From a bacterium (GTDB lineage Bacteria; CALINM01): a stretch of DNA of 18,337 nt. How positions within the stretch are numbered: the first letter of the stretch is position 1; each line of letters starts with the position of its first letter. Below, one piece after another: positions 8,422-17,271 of the stretch. The notes beneath the pieces were generated by a model, which saw only the letters and a list, made by a program, of their open reading frames with translations, did no database searches and had not been told where the DNA came from. The stretch covers positions 1 through 18,337 of the forward strand of contig JBEQAF010000039.1 of NCBI GenBank assembly GCA_041640455.1, in the 5' to 3' direction. A program made the translations under genes and the position numbers.

Positions 8422-9535
8422 GCTGATAAAGCCCTTTCTTGCCATGGAGCTGCTCGAAAGGGCTAACTTACTGGAAAAGTCTGGCAGAAATATACTTTAT
8501 ATGTGTGTGGGAGAGCCAGATCTACCTCCCCATCCCGAAATAAAAGAAACCATTTCTAAGGCGCTTCTGGAAGGAAAATCTTACTATAGCCACAGTTTGG
8601 GTATAATAGAGCTAAGAGAAGCAATAGCTGAATATTATTTTGAAAAATACAGGGTTAAGGTGTCACCGGATCAGATAGTGGTTTCAAGCGGTACATCTCC
8701 GCTAATGCTCCTTATCTTCAGCCTGCTTGTTGAGAGAGGTAGGGATTTTTTGCTGACCGACCCCTGCTATGCCTGTTATCCCAACTATGTAAATTTTTTT
8801 GAGGGGAACATAAGGTATTTTAAACTAAGCGAAACTATAACTGATTATAATCGTATCAGTGATATGATTGATGATAATGTAGCCGGGCTTATCATAAACT
8901 CCCCATCCAATCCGACCGGAGCCCTATTAAAAGAGTCTGAAATTAAATACATAGCCAGTCTTCCTGTAAACATAGTTTCTGATGAGATATATCATGGGCT
9001 TAATTATGCAGGTGAGGATATAACCATTCTTTCGTTTAGAGCCGATGCTTTTGTTATTAACGGATTTTCAAAAGCCTTTTCCATGACTGGCTTCAGGCTT
9101 GGTTATGCCATTCTTCCAGAGAGATATATGAGAACAATAAGAAGCCTCCATCAAAATTTTATAATATGCGCCCCAACATTTGTACAATGGGCAGGGATTA
9201 CAGCTCTTAAACATTATAAGGAAATATTTTCTGAGAACAGGAAGATCTTTGATGAGAGAAGAAGGTTTCTATTAGATGGGCTTGAAAATCTAAGATTAAA
9301 ATACTGGGGTACCCCTGAGGGAGCCTTCTATGTGCTGGTAGATATGAGATTTCTTAACAGGAAATCTATGGATATAAGCATGGAACTTCTTGAAAATTAT
9401 AACCTTGCTGTAACCCCCGGGATAGATTTTGGGGCTAATGCGGAAGGTTTTATTAGACTTTCTTATGCTACTGGCAAAGAGAATATAGAGAAAGCTCTCA
9501 ATATTCTTTCTGAATTTCTTAAAAATCAGCGGTAA
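8393..9535 (+). CDS. Pyridoxal-phosphate-dependent aminotransferase, class I/II (aspartate aminotransferase-like)
   Basis: [37 protein letters not shown] and the PLP-lysine motif [16 protein letters not shown]. The in-frame ATG at 8393 is preferred over the ORF-track TTG at 8342 because it gives a shorter overlap with lon. The start remains uncertain. Confidence 0.9.
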   Translation: MQQDLPSRCKLIKPFLAMELLERANLLEKSGRNILYMCVGEPDLPPHPEIKETISKALLEGKSYYSHSLGIIELREAIAEYYFEKYRVKVSPDQIVVSSGTSPLMLLIFSLLVERGRDFLLTDPCYACYPNYVNFFEGNIRYFKLSETITDYNRISDMIDDNVAGLIINSPSNPTGALLKESEIKYIASLPVNIVSDEIYHGLNYAGEDITILSFRADAFVINGFSKAFSMTGFRLGYAILPERYMRTIRSLHQNFIICAPTFVQWAGITALKHYKEIFSENRKIFDERRRFLLDGLENLRLKYWGTPEGAFYVLVDMRFLNRKSMDISMELLENYNLAVTPGIDFGANAEGFIRLSYATGKENIEKALNILSEFLKNQR

Positions 9536-11010
9536 TCTTTTCTTTTAAAAAGCTCATAAAAAAATCTGATAATATAACCACAACCGGTAAAATATCTTCT
9601 GTCAAAAAGACTTATTAAAATTCTTGGCAGGGCTGTAACCATAAAATAGCTGTTAAAAGAAAGATATTTGTAAAACCTCTTTTTTATTATCAGTTTAACA
9701 AGCTTGCGTGGCAGAAAGGGGAGATAGTTGTAGATAAATGCTAAGCCTCTGTAATCTCTTCCAATATGCCTGTTCCAGTGAAGGTGACCTGATGAGAAGC
9801 TTGCCATTTCAATATTTTTCACATCTTGTTCAGATAGGTATTTTTTTTCAAGAGCATATCTGGTAATTGTTGTTTTTGGATAATATTTAAGGAAGAAAAG
9901 GCTAATCAGATTGGGTCTGTGTTCATTGTAAATTAAAACTGCTTCCTCATTATTTTTTATACTATCATCAGGAATCCCTATCATATGATCTGCCTGAACA
10001 AAAATCCCATTTTTTTTAATAATATCAATTGCATAAATAATTTTCTCTGTACTTGAGGGTCTATTTAGCACTTTTTTGCATAAATCCTCAGAAAAAGACT
10101 GAACGCCCAGCTGAATATCCTGACAGTTTGCTGCTTTAAGAAGTTTTACTTTTTCTTCATCAATGAATAGCGGATTTATACTGCATAGAAATGGTAATTT
10201 TACATGTTTTTTATACTCATTTGAGAAATCCCTAAGCCACTCTTTATCGTGACCAAAGGTGTCGTCTGCAAAATGCACATATTTGATATTAAATCGTTCC
10301 TTTGACCAGATAAGCTCCTTTATTACATTGTCAACAGTCCTCTGCCTTATAATAGAACTGCCTCTAAACTGTCTATAAAAATCATTAAAACAGTATGTGC
10401 AGGCAAAAGGACAGCCTCGACCAGACATAACCAGATATTCTCTTTTAAGATAAGGCATAGCCTTATAAAAGGGCTCTTTATAAGGTAATGGTAGCTGATT
10501 AAGATCAATTAGTTCCCCCTCTTCTATATCTCCAACAAGACTACCATTGTATTTATAAACTATACCCTTAATCTTTTTTTTCGGAAGAATAAGCTGACTA
10601 TCTATCAACTCAAATTCGTTCAAAAAATTAAGCAGCGAAATTTCAGACTCACCAATTGCTATAGCATCCACACAGGAGTGGGCAAGCACTATTTCAGGTA
10701 CCGCTGTGGTATGAATCCCACCAAAAATAACGTAAATAGTTTTTTTTATTTTTTTGATTTCATTAGCAAGGGCAAGCTGGTATTTAAAGTTGTCGGTTAG
10801 GGTAGAAAAACAGGTTATCTGGGGGTCAAGGGAGACAATTTTTTCTGCAAGCTTTTTATAATCAGGCTGGTATCTTAGATTAAAATAGGGGTTAAATGCC
10901 CGATAAAAAAAGAGATCTGCTACATAACCATTTTCTCTGAGGATGGACATTAGATACTCAATGCCAAGGTTTTCAAAATCTGGATAGACAAATAGAATCC
11001 GAGGCTTCAT
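9526..11010 (-). CDS. B12-binding domain-containing radical SAM protein (class B methylase-like)
   Basis: N-terminal cobalamin-binding-like region (ENLGIEYLMSIL, IFGGIHTTAVPE, AIGESE). SGRGCPFACTYC carries the CxxxCxxC motif. Also RTVDNVIKEL, FADDTF, LGVQS and MIGIP. Confidence 0.9.
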   Translation of the reverse strand: MKPRILFVYPDFENLGIEYLMSILRENGYVADLFFYRAFNPYFNLRYQPDYKKLAEKIVSLDPQITCFSTLTDNFKYQLALANEIKKIKKTIYVIFGGIHTTAVPEIVLAHSCVDAIAIGESEISLLNFLNEFELIDSQLILPKKKIKGIVYKYNGSLVGDIEEGELIDLNQLPLPYKEPFYKAMPYLKREYLVMSGRGCPFACTYCFNDFYRQFRGSSIIRQRTVDNVIKELIWSKERFNIKYVHFADDTFGHDKEWLRDFSNEYKKHVKLPFLCSINPLFIDEEKVKLLKAANCQDIQLGVQSFSEDLCKKVLNRPSSTEKIIYAIDIIKKNGIFVQADHMIGIPDDSIKNNEEAVLIYNEHRPNLISLFFLKYYPKTTITRYALEKKYLSEQDVKNIEMASFSSGHLHWNRHIGRDYRGLAFIYNYLPFLPRKLVKLIIKKRFYKYLSFNSYFMVTALPRILISLFDRRYFTGCGYIIRFFYELFKRKDYR

Positions 11011-11096
11011 TAAAACTATTATATTTTTTATAGCCCCTTTTTAAAACTAATTTGTAAAAAATAAGGCATAAAGTATAAAATAACTGAAAGAATGTT
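11011..11096. promoter_or_regulatory. Divergent promoter region between the radical SAM and carbamoyltransferase genes
   Basis: 86-bp AT-rich gap. The minus strand has a perfect TATAAT at 11023-11018. The plus strand has TTGTAA (11052-11057) with TATAAA/TAAAAT (11074-11081). Confidence 0.45.
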
Positions 11097-12896
11097 ATGA
11101 TAAACATTATTGGCATATCGGCTTTTTATCATGATTCAGCGGCATGTCTTGTAACAGATGGTGAGATAATAAACGCTGCACAGGAAGAGAGATTTACAAG
11201 GATTAAAAACGATCCTTCTTTTCCGTTTAATGCATTAAAATTTTGCCTTGAGAATAATAATTTTACACTGGATCAGATAGATCTTATTGTTTTTTACGAA
11301 AAGCCATTTATTAAGTTTGAGAGAATAATCGAAACTCATCTTAATGTGGCTCCCCATGGATTCAAGTCCTTTCTTATCCAGATACCGCTATGGTTCAAAA
11401 ACAGAATATTTATAAAAAATTATATCTATGAACAGCTTAAAAAGCTTGACTATAAAAAAGTTCCTGAGATAACTTTTATTCCGCATCATTTTTCCCATTT
11501 AGCCAGTGCTTTTTATCCATCTCCTTTTGAAGAGTCAGCCATAATAACCATAGATGCTGTCGGCGAATGGACCACTGCTTCGATAGGGTATGGCAGGGGA
11601 AATAAGATAAAAATTTTAAAAGAGCTTTATTTTCCAGACTCATTGGGTCTTTTTTATTCGTCTCTAACCTACTATCTGGGATTTAAGGTAAACTCTGACG
11701 AATATAAAGTAATGGGGCTTGCACCTTACGGAAATGAAGCTTCCAATGACTTCAAAAATATTTATGAAAGGCTAAAAAGGTTTATAAAGATTAATGAAGA
11801 CGGATCAGTTCAGCTAAATCAACGATACTTCAATTACCTTTATGAAGATCGTATGGTGAATGAAAAGAAGTGGAAGGAGCTTCTGGGATTCAAAAAAAGA
11901 GAACCTGATGAGGAGCTATGTCAGTATCATTGCGATCTTGCCCTTGCAGGACAAAGACTTTTAGAAGAGGCAGTACTAAAAACCGTTCAGTTTACAAAAA
12001 AACTTTTAAATAGCAAAAACCTATCTCTAGCAGGGGGTGTATTTTTAAACTGTGTTGCCAATTCAAAGATACTGGAAAGCGGCTTGTTTGATAATATCTG
12101 GGTACAGCCTGCTGCTGGCGATGCAGGGGGTGCGATTGGGAGTGCCCTTGCAGGATACTATGTATACTTTAATAAGGAAAGATTGGTAGACAAAAAACGC
12201 TTCGATGCCATGAAATGGTCATATCTGGGTCCTTCCTACGATAGAGCTGAGATTCTAAAGGTAGTAAAAAAACACGGGCTAAGTTTTAAGATCTATGATA
12301 ATTTTGATCAGCTGATAGATCAAGTAACAGATTTTATTTTGGAAGATATGGTTGTGGGCTGGTTTCAGGGTAATTTAGAATGGGGACCAAGGGCATTGGG
12401 GAACAGAAGTATCCTTGCAAACCCCTATAAAAAAGAGATGCAGAAGGTTGTAAATCTAAAAATAAAGTTTCGTGAAGGCTTCAGACCCTTTGCTCCTGCT
12501 ATACTGGAAGAGGATTTAGAAAGAATTTTTGATTTCAACATCTCTTCACCCTATATGCTTTTTGTTGCCTATGTAAAAGATGAGTTCAGGTTTGACAATA
12601 AGCAGCTAAATAACTTAAGCGTGAGAGAAAAGATTAATTTTTCTGCCTCTAAGTTCCCAGCAGTGACCCATGTTGACTATTCGGCAAGGCTTCAAACTGT
12701 TAGAGAAGAGGCAAATCCGAGATTCTACAAACTTTTAAAGAGATTTAAGGAAAAAACAGGTTTTGGTATAATTTTAAATACAAGCTTTAATGTAAAAAAT
12801 GAGCCAATTGTTTATAGTCCTCAGGATGCGGTAAACTGCTTTCTCAGGACAGAGATGGATCTGCTTGTTATGGAAAACATACTGATAAAAAAATGA
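11097..12896 (+). CDS. O-carbamoyltransferase, NodU/CmcH/TobZ (SxtI-like) family
   Basis: GISAFYHDSAAC, AAQEERFTR, HHFSHLASAF (metal-binding His), DAVGE, EYKVMGLAPYG, QPAAGDAG, GPRALGNRSIL, KFREGFRPFAP, THVDYSARLQTV and LNTSFN. Confidence 0.95.
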   Translation: MINIIGISAFYHDSAACLVTDGEIINAAQEERFTRIKNDPSFPFNALKFCLENNNFTLDQIDLIVFYEKPFIKFERIIETHLNVAPHGFKSFLIQIPLWFKNRIFIKNYIYEQLKKLDYKKVPEITFIPHHFSHLASAFYPSPFEESAIITIDAVGEWTTASIGYGRGNKIKILKELYFPDSLGLFYSSLTYYLGFKVNSDEYKVMGLAPYGNEASNDFKNIYERLKRFIKINEDGSVQLNQRYFNYLYEDRMVNEKKWKELLGFKKREPDEELCQYHCDLALAGQRLLEEAVLKTVQFTKKLLNSKNLSLAGGVFLNCVANSKILESGLFDNIWVQPAAGDAGGAIGSALAGYYVYFNKERLVDKKRFDAMKWSYLGPSYDRAEILKVVKKHGLSFKIYDNFDQLIDQVTDFILEDMVVGWFQGNLEWGPRALGNRSILANPYKKEMQKVVNLKIKFREGFRPFAPAILEEDLERIFDFNISSPYMLFVAYVKDEFRFDNKQLNNLSVREKINFSASKFPAVTHVDYSARLQTVREEANPRFYKLLKRFKEKTGFGIILNTSFNVKNEPIVYSPQDAVNCFLRTEMDLLVMENILIKK

Positions 12897-13045
12897 AAAG
12901 AGAGATATTAATAGAGTTGTGGTTATTTATTAAACACAGGAAAAAATGGTGGCTTGCACCTATAATAATTCTGCTATTTGTTCTTAGCTTGATACTATTT
13001 CTTGAGATTTATGAGCTCTCACCATTTATTTATGCCTTATTTTGA
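12893..13045 (+). CDS. Small membrane protein, DUF5989/SxtK-like (50 aa, not in the ORF track)
   Basis: Translated by hand as MKREILIELWLFIKHRKKWWLAPIIILLFVLSLILFLEIYELSPFIYALF*. ATGA overlap with the carbamoyltransferase stop and a 3-nt gap to the next ATG. RKKWWLAP...PFIYxLF is the characteristic pattern of the small proteins that accompany these carbamoyltransferases. Confidence 0.85.
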   Translation: MKREILIELWLFIKHRKKWWLAPIIILLFVLSLILFLEIYELSPFIYALF

Positions 13046-13048
13046 TCT

Positions 13049-13378
13049 ATGAAAAAGCTATCCAGACCGCCACTTATTGTTATTACCATTTTCCTTGTAT
13101 ACAAAGAAAAAATTTACCCTGCCCTTATAATATTGTTATTGATACTTATTGCCGAGCTAAGTCAAACGGTGGACAGATTGCTTGAAAAGATTTTTGAAAG
13201 ACTCATAATTTTCATCGGCAAAATAAATAATTTTATTGTTCTTTCAATATTTTATTATCTTATTTTTACTCCCTATGCCTTTTTTTACAGATGGTTTCGT
13301 GGGAAAAACCAGCTACCGTCTTCCTATGTGGATAATCATATAGAGCTAAAAGCCGAAGATTTCGAAAAACAGTGGTAA
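13049..13378 (+). CDS. SxtJ-family membrane protein
   Basis: Hydrophobic protein with IGKINNFIVLSIFYYLIFTPYAFFYRWF and C-terminal EDFEKQW, matching the SxtJ-like pattern (G.IN..ILL..F...TP ... xQF/W). Context next to the carbamoyltransferase and DUF5989-like gene agrees. Confidence 0.75.
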   Translation: MKKLSRPPLIVITIFLVYKEKIYPALIILLLILIAELSQTVDRLLEKIFERLIIFIGKINNFIVLSIFYYLIFTPYAFFYRWFRGKNQLPSSYVDNHIELKAEDFEKQW

Positions 13379-13885
13379 TCTAAGATTAGATGTTCGGATA
13401 TTTTTAATAGTCTTTTCCTTCAAAGGTATACAGTTTTAAAATTAAAAGATAAAATAATTTGATGTTAATCCCCTATATTAAAAGCTAATGTTTAAAGGAC
13501 TTTAAAAAAAATTGAATAACACTTTACGCAAGCTACACAAAAAACTTCATTAAGGAAATACATCCACAAAAGAATAAGCTGCCTAACTGATTCGGTAAGA
13601 AGCGGTTTATTAAATGTTAGATAAGGTTTTTTTGTTGTCCTTCATTATCATGAATAGTGAGATTTTAGTAACTTTTAATGTTTAAAATTTAAAAATAGTA
13701 TATAATCTGATTATCTGAGGCAATGAATATAAATGATTTAAAAAAAGATGGATTAAAGTTAAAATGACTTGAGAAGGCGGCTTAAAAATTTTATCCACCT
13801 TTGCAGCAAAAAATTTAATTCATGTGAACTGGCGGATTAGATGTGAGATAGAGATTATAATTAGCACTTTTTCAAAAAAGAAAAT

Positions 13886-15424
13886 ATGACAAGAGATCGA
13901 GTTTATATATTTCTAATAGCTATATCGGTCATAATCGCCTATTTCAAAATATACTCCCTTGACTTTGTGTGGGATGATATCCCACAGATCATTCATAACA
14001 AAACGGTAAAAAATTTTAATATTGTTGATATATTTACAAAAGATGGAGAGTACGGCATTGATGTAAGAGAGTCCAAAACTCCCTATTACCGACCTTTTTT
14101 TATGTTATCTCTTGTTATTGATTATCTAATTTTCGGTGCAAGACCAGCTCTTTTTCACATAAGTAATCTGATTATGCATCTGGTGCTTACAGTGGTTATC
14201 TTTTATCTGCTTTCACTATATTTTGATGACAGGATGTATGCCTTTCTGGGTGCATTTTTCATTGGTATCTATCCAGCAAGAGCTGAGGCTGTGTTATATG
14301 TGAGTGCCAGACTTCATATACTTGGGGCTTTATTTAGTACCATCTCAATGTATCTTTTCAAGAGATATTTAATGGAAAATAGAAGTTTGTTTTACAAGCT
14401 CTCATGCTTGGCATTTTTTGTTGGTGTTTTTAGCCTTGAGATGTCCATATTCCTTCCGCTCTTTATCCTCTTTGAGGGTGGTATTGAAAAAATAGCTGAA
14501 AGGTTCAAGAAGCTAATCCCATTTTTTATAATTATAGTTGTTTATATGATTATTAGATATCTGGTGCTTGAAAAATTTATCTGGCTTGAAGTGCCTTTTT
14601 CCACAAGACTTTATACAGGCTTTTCAACCTATCTGAAATATCTGGAGATTATATTTAATCCCTTTAATCTTAAAACCTTTTATGAAAACTATGATTTCTT
14701 TACTAAGTCTATTACTGTAAAAGCGTTGATTGGTCTATTAGCTGCAGGTCTGACATTTTATGGGACCTTTCTTTCTTATAAAAAAAATATGAATATCTTT
14801 CGCGGGCTTTGTTGGTTTTGTTTGAGCTTCTTTTTTATATCCAATATCCCATATATCATGTATCCTTCTCTCATATCAGAAAGATACCTTTATTTCCCTT
14901 TAATTGGGTTATCTTTTATAATTCCCGAAGCTGTAAAAGCTATAACATACTCTAAAAAAAATCTTATTGCTGGGATCTGCGTAATTTTTATGCTATTCTC
15001 TTCTTATACTATATACAAAAGAGCTTCAGTTTACAAAAGCAATCGTGTTTTCTGGGAAAATGCTGTTGCTGATGCGCCAAAAAATATATATGCAATGGAT
15101 CAGCTTGCTCAGGTATATCTGGCAGAGAAAGATCCCTTCCGCGCCCTATCCATGTATGAAAAAATTATGGAGATTAATCCAGCCGATTATGATAATTATA
15201 CAAAAATGGGTAATTTTTATTTAAGTTTTAACAATATTGACGATGCCATGAGATTTTACGAAAAAGCTCTATCCATACATGATTACGATGAGGCATACTG
15301 GGGCATAGCAAGGGTGTATCTTTATAAGGGAGAAAAAGAAAAGGCAAAACAATATCTTGAAAGGGCAATTAATCTTTCACCTAAAAAGAAAAAATATAGA
15401 GATGCATTAAGAAATATACAATGA
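13886..15424 (+). CDS. TMTC-like GT-C membrane glycosyltransferase with C-terminal TPRs (paralog 1)
   Basis: DFVWDD after the first TM helix, YYRP, FHISNL, EAVLYVSAR and SERYLYFP, with many TM segments. About 3-4 TPR units at the C-terminus. Confidence 0.8.
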   Translation: MTRDRVYIFLIAISVIIAYFKIYSLDFVWDDIPQIIHNKTVKNFNIVDIFTKDGEYGIDVRESKTPYYRPFFMLSLVIDYLIFGARPALFHISNLIMHLVLTVVIFYLLSLYFDDRMYAFLGAFFIGIYPARAEAVLYVSARLHILGALFSTISMYLFKRYLMENRSLFYKLSCLAFFVGVFSLEMSIFLPLFILFEGGIEKIAERFKKLIPFFIIIVVYMIIRYLVLEKFIWLEVPFSTRLYTGFSTYLKYLEIIFNPFNLKTFYENYDFFTKSITVKALIGLLAAGLTFYGTFLSYKKNMNIFRGLCWFCLSFFFISNIPYIMYPSLISERYLYFPLIGLSFIIPEAVKAITYSKKNLIAGICVIFMLFSSYTIYKRASVYKSNRVFWENAVADAPKNIYAMDQLAQVYLAEKDPFRALSMYEKIMEINPADYDNYTKMGNFYLSFNNIDDAMRFYEKALSIHDYDEAYWGIARVYLYKGEKEKAKQYLERAINLSPKKKKYRDALRNIQ

Positions 15425-17199
15425 ATTTGAGCTTAAATCATCTGGATAACAAGCGTTATTATATAATTTTTTTTATCCTTATAAGCTTTGTAGTATTTGC
15501 AAATACTCTATTTTTTGATTTTGTCTGGGATGATATTCATCAGATAAAGTATAATGAGCTACTTAAATCATATGAGAATATAGATGATCTGTTTTTTAGC
15601 CCCATTCCGGATATGCCTGCTTATTACAGACCTATGTTTATGATATCGCTTTTCATTGATTATCTCATATGGGGGCAAAATGCAGCTGGATTTCATCTTA
15701 CAAATGTTCTACTAAATATCTTTGTTACAGTTCTTATATTCGTTCTTTCTGAAAAACTATTTGACAACAGACTTATCGCCATCATATCTACCATCGTTTT
15801 TACCATACACCCTACCCATTCTGCCACCGTGTCTTATGTGTCTGCTCGAAATGAACTCCTCTGTGGTTTTTTCATTATACATGCTTTTTTATTTTATGTT
15901 AAATATAGAACAGAGATACGTAAGAAATTATATCTTTTCTTAAGTTTAATATTCTATTTTCTTGGACTTCTTTCGAAAGAGATGGCTATCATTATGCCTT
16001 TTCTTATTTTTGTTTATGAGATTTCATTTTTTAGTGGAGAAATAAAAAATAACGTTAAACTGCTAATATTTTTCATACTAACCTCAGCAGGCTATCTGAT
16101 TTTGAGATCCTATTTTTCAGAACTACCATCTTTTGACCAGTTTCCTCTTCAGGCAAGACTGGCTACTTTTTCTAAGGTTATTTTGTACGATATTTTTATT
16201 CTCTTTTTCCCCTTTTACCACAAGGTTTTTTACAGGATTGAAATATTGGAAGGATTTACTGGTCTACTCCCTTATGTTTATCTGGCGGGTTTCATTTTAA
16301 TTTTGCTCATAGCTTTTATGACTTATCGAAGGGATAAAAGATTATTTTTTTCACTTATATGGATACTGTTATCGCTCGTTCCAGTAACAACTATCATAAC
16401 CTTTATATATCCTTCATTAATTGCCGAGAGATATCTTTATATCCCATCCTTTGGGTTTGCAATGTTTTTGGGTGTATTATATACAGATATCTACAATTTT
16501 ATAGAAAGTCGCATAGTTAAATATAAAAAATTTTCTAAAACTGTTTTTATCTTGCTATGCATTATCTTTTCTGTAATAACCTTTCAGAGAAACTTTGAGT
16601 ATTATGATAATGTAAATCTCTGGGCTGAGGCAAAAGAGGATGAGCCCTATGAACCCTATGTGATGGATAAGCTGGCGCAGGCTTATATTGAAAAGAAATA
16701 TTATTCCAATGCAGAAGCAGAGCTTAAAAGACTTCAGATAGCCGATCCAAATAATCCGCAGGTATATCACAGGCTGGGTAACCTATACAAAAGATGGGAA
16801 AAATTTGATCTGGCAGAAAAATATTATTTAAAAGCTCTGGAGTTAAACCCCGAGTTTGATTTAGCTATTGATGATCTTGCCAATCTATACAAAAAGCTCG
16901 GTAAGTATGATTTGGCGTTATTAATTTTTTCAAAATCCCTGAAAATAAATCCTTACCAACCGAACGTGCTATATGAGATGGCAGAGATACTTATAACTAA
17001 GGGAGATCCCTTTGAGGCAGAACTGCTTTTGGAAAAGGCGTTGGAACTGGATCCAAATCATCATAGGGTTATGGTAAAGCTGGGAGATATTTTTTTCGCC
17101 ACTTATAGATATGAGCTTGCAGCTCAGATGTACCAGAGGGCATTAGAGCTTGATCCTGAAAATGCCGAGTACAAACAAAAGCTGGAAAGTCTAAAATAA
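15421..17199 (+). CDS. TMTC-like GT-C membrane glycosyltransferase with C-terminal TPRs (paralog 2)
   Basis: DFVWDD, YYRP, GFHLTNVLL, HPTH...SARNELL, LLSKEMA and AERYLYIPSFG. About 5-6 TPR units (ALELNP/ALELDP). ATGA overlap with paralog 1. Confidence 0.85.
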   Translation: MNLSLNHLDNKRYYIIFFILISFVVFANTLFFDFVWDDIHQIKYNELLKSYENIDDLFFSPIPDMPAYYRPMFMISLFIDYLIWGQNAAGFHLTNVLLNIFVTVLIFVLSEKLFDNRLIAIISTIVFTIHPTHSATVSYVSARNELLCGFFIIHAFLFYVKYRTEIRKKLYLFLSLIFYFLGLLSKEMAIIMPFLIFVYEISFFSGEIKNNVKLLIFFILTSAGYLILRSYFSELPSFDQFPLQARLATFSKVILYDIFILFFPFYHKVFYRIEILEGFTGLLPYVYLAGFILILLIAFMTYRRDKRLFFSLIWILLSLVPVTTIITFIYPSLIAERYLYIPSFGFAMFLGVLYTDIYNFIESRIVKYKKFSKTVFILLCIIFSVITFQRNFEYYDNVNLWAEAKEDEPYEPYVMDKLAQAYIEKKYYSNAEAELKRLQIADPNNPQVYHRLGNLYKRWEKFDLAEKYYLKALELNPEFDLAIDDLANLYKKLGKYDLALLIFSKSLKINPYQPNVLYEMAEILITKGDPFEAELLLEKALELDPNHHRVMVKLGDIFFATYRYELAAQMYQRALELDPENAEYKQKLESLK

Positions 17200-17271
17200 T
17201 ATATCAGATTAGTCTTAGCTTTATAAGGATATTAATTTCAATTTCCAGATATATTCTGTAAAATACTGATA

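Noticed and set aside
11097..13378. Saxitoxin biosynthesis cluster
   Set aside because: Only the sxtI/J/K-like module is present. There is no sxtA, sxtG or sxtB-like gene in the window, and this triad is not specific to toxin producers.
13528..13586. GCTGCCTAA resembling the end of a tmRNA tag (Ala-Ala-stop)
   Set aside because: An in-frame TAA lies immediately before it, and there are no tRNA-like 5' GGGG or 3' CCACCA ends.
13327..13799. DnaA-box-like sequences (TGTGGATAA 13327-13335 perfect, ACATCCACA 13560-13568, TTATCCACC 13791-13799) around an AT-rich spacer, suggesting oriC
   Set aside because: The only perfect box is inside a CDS, the boxes are sparse and far apart, and no dnaA/dnaN/gidA-type origin genes are nearby. 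A GC-skew analysis would settle it.
13861..13887. CIRCE-like half site TTAGCACTT
   Set aside because: The second arm (GAGTGCTAA after 9 nt) is absent and the downstream gene is not a chaperone.
9841..14961. A8/T8 homopolymers in the radical SAM and GT-C genes (e.g. 9841, 10010, 10574, 10740, 14954) as phase-variation tracts
   Set aside because: Runs of 8 A/T are expected at this AT content, all frames are intact, and there are no long G/C tracts.
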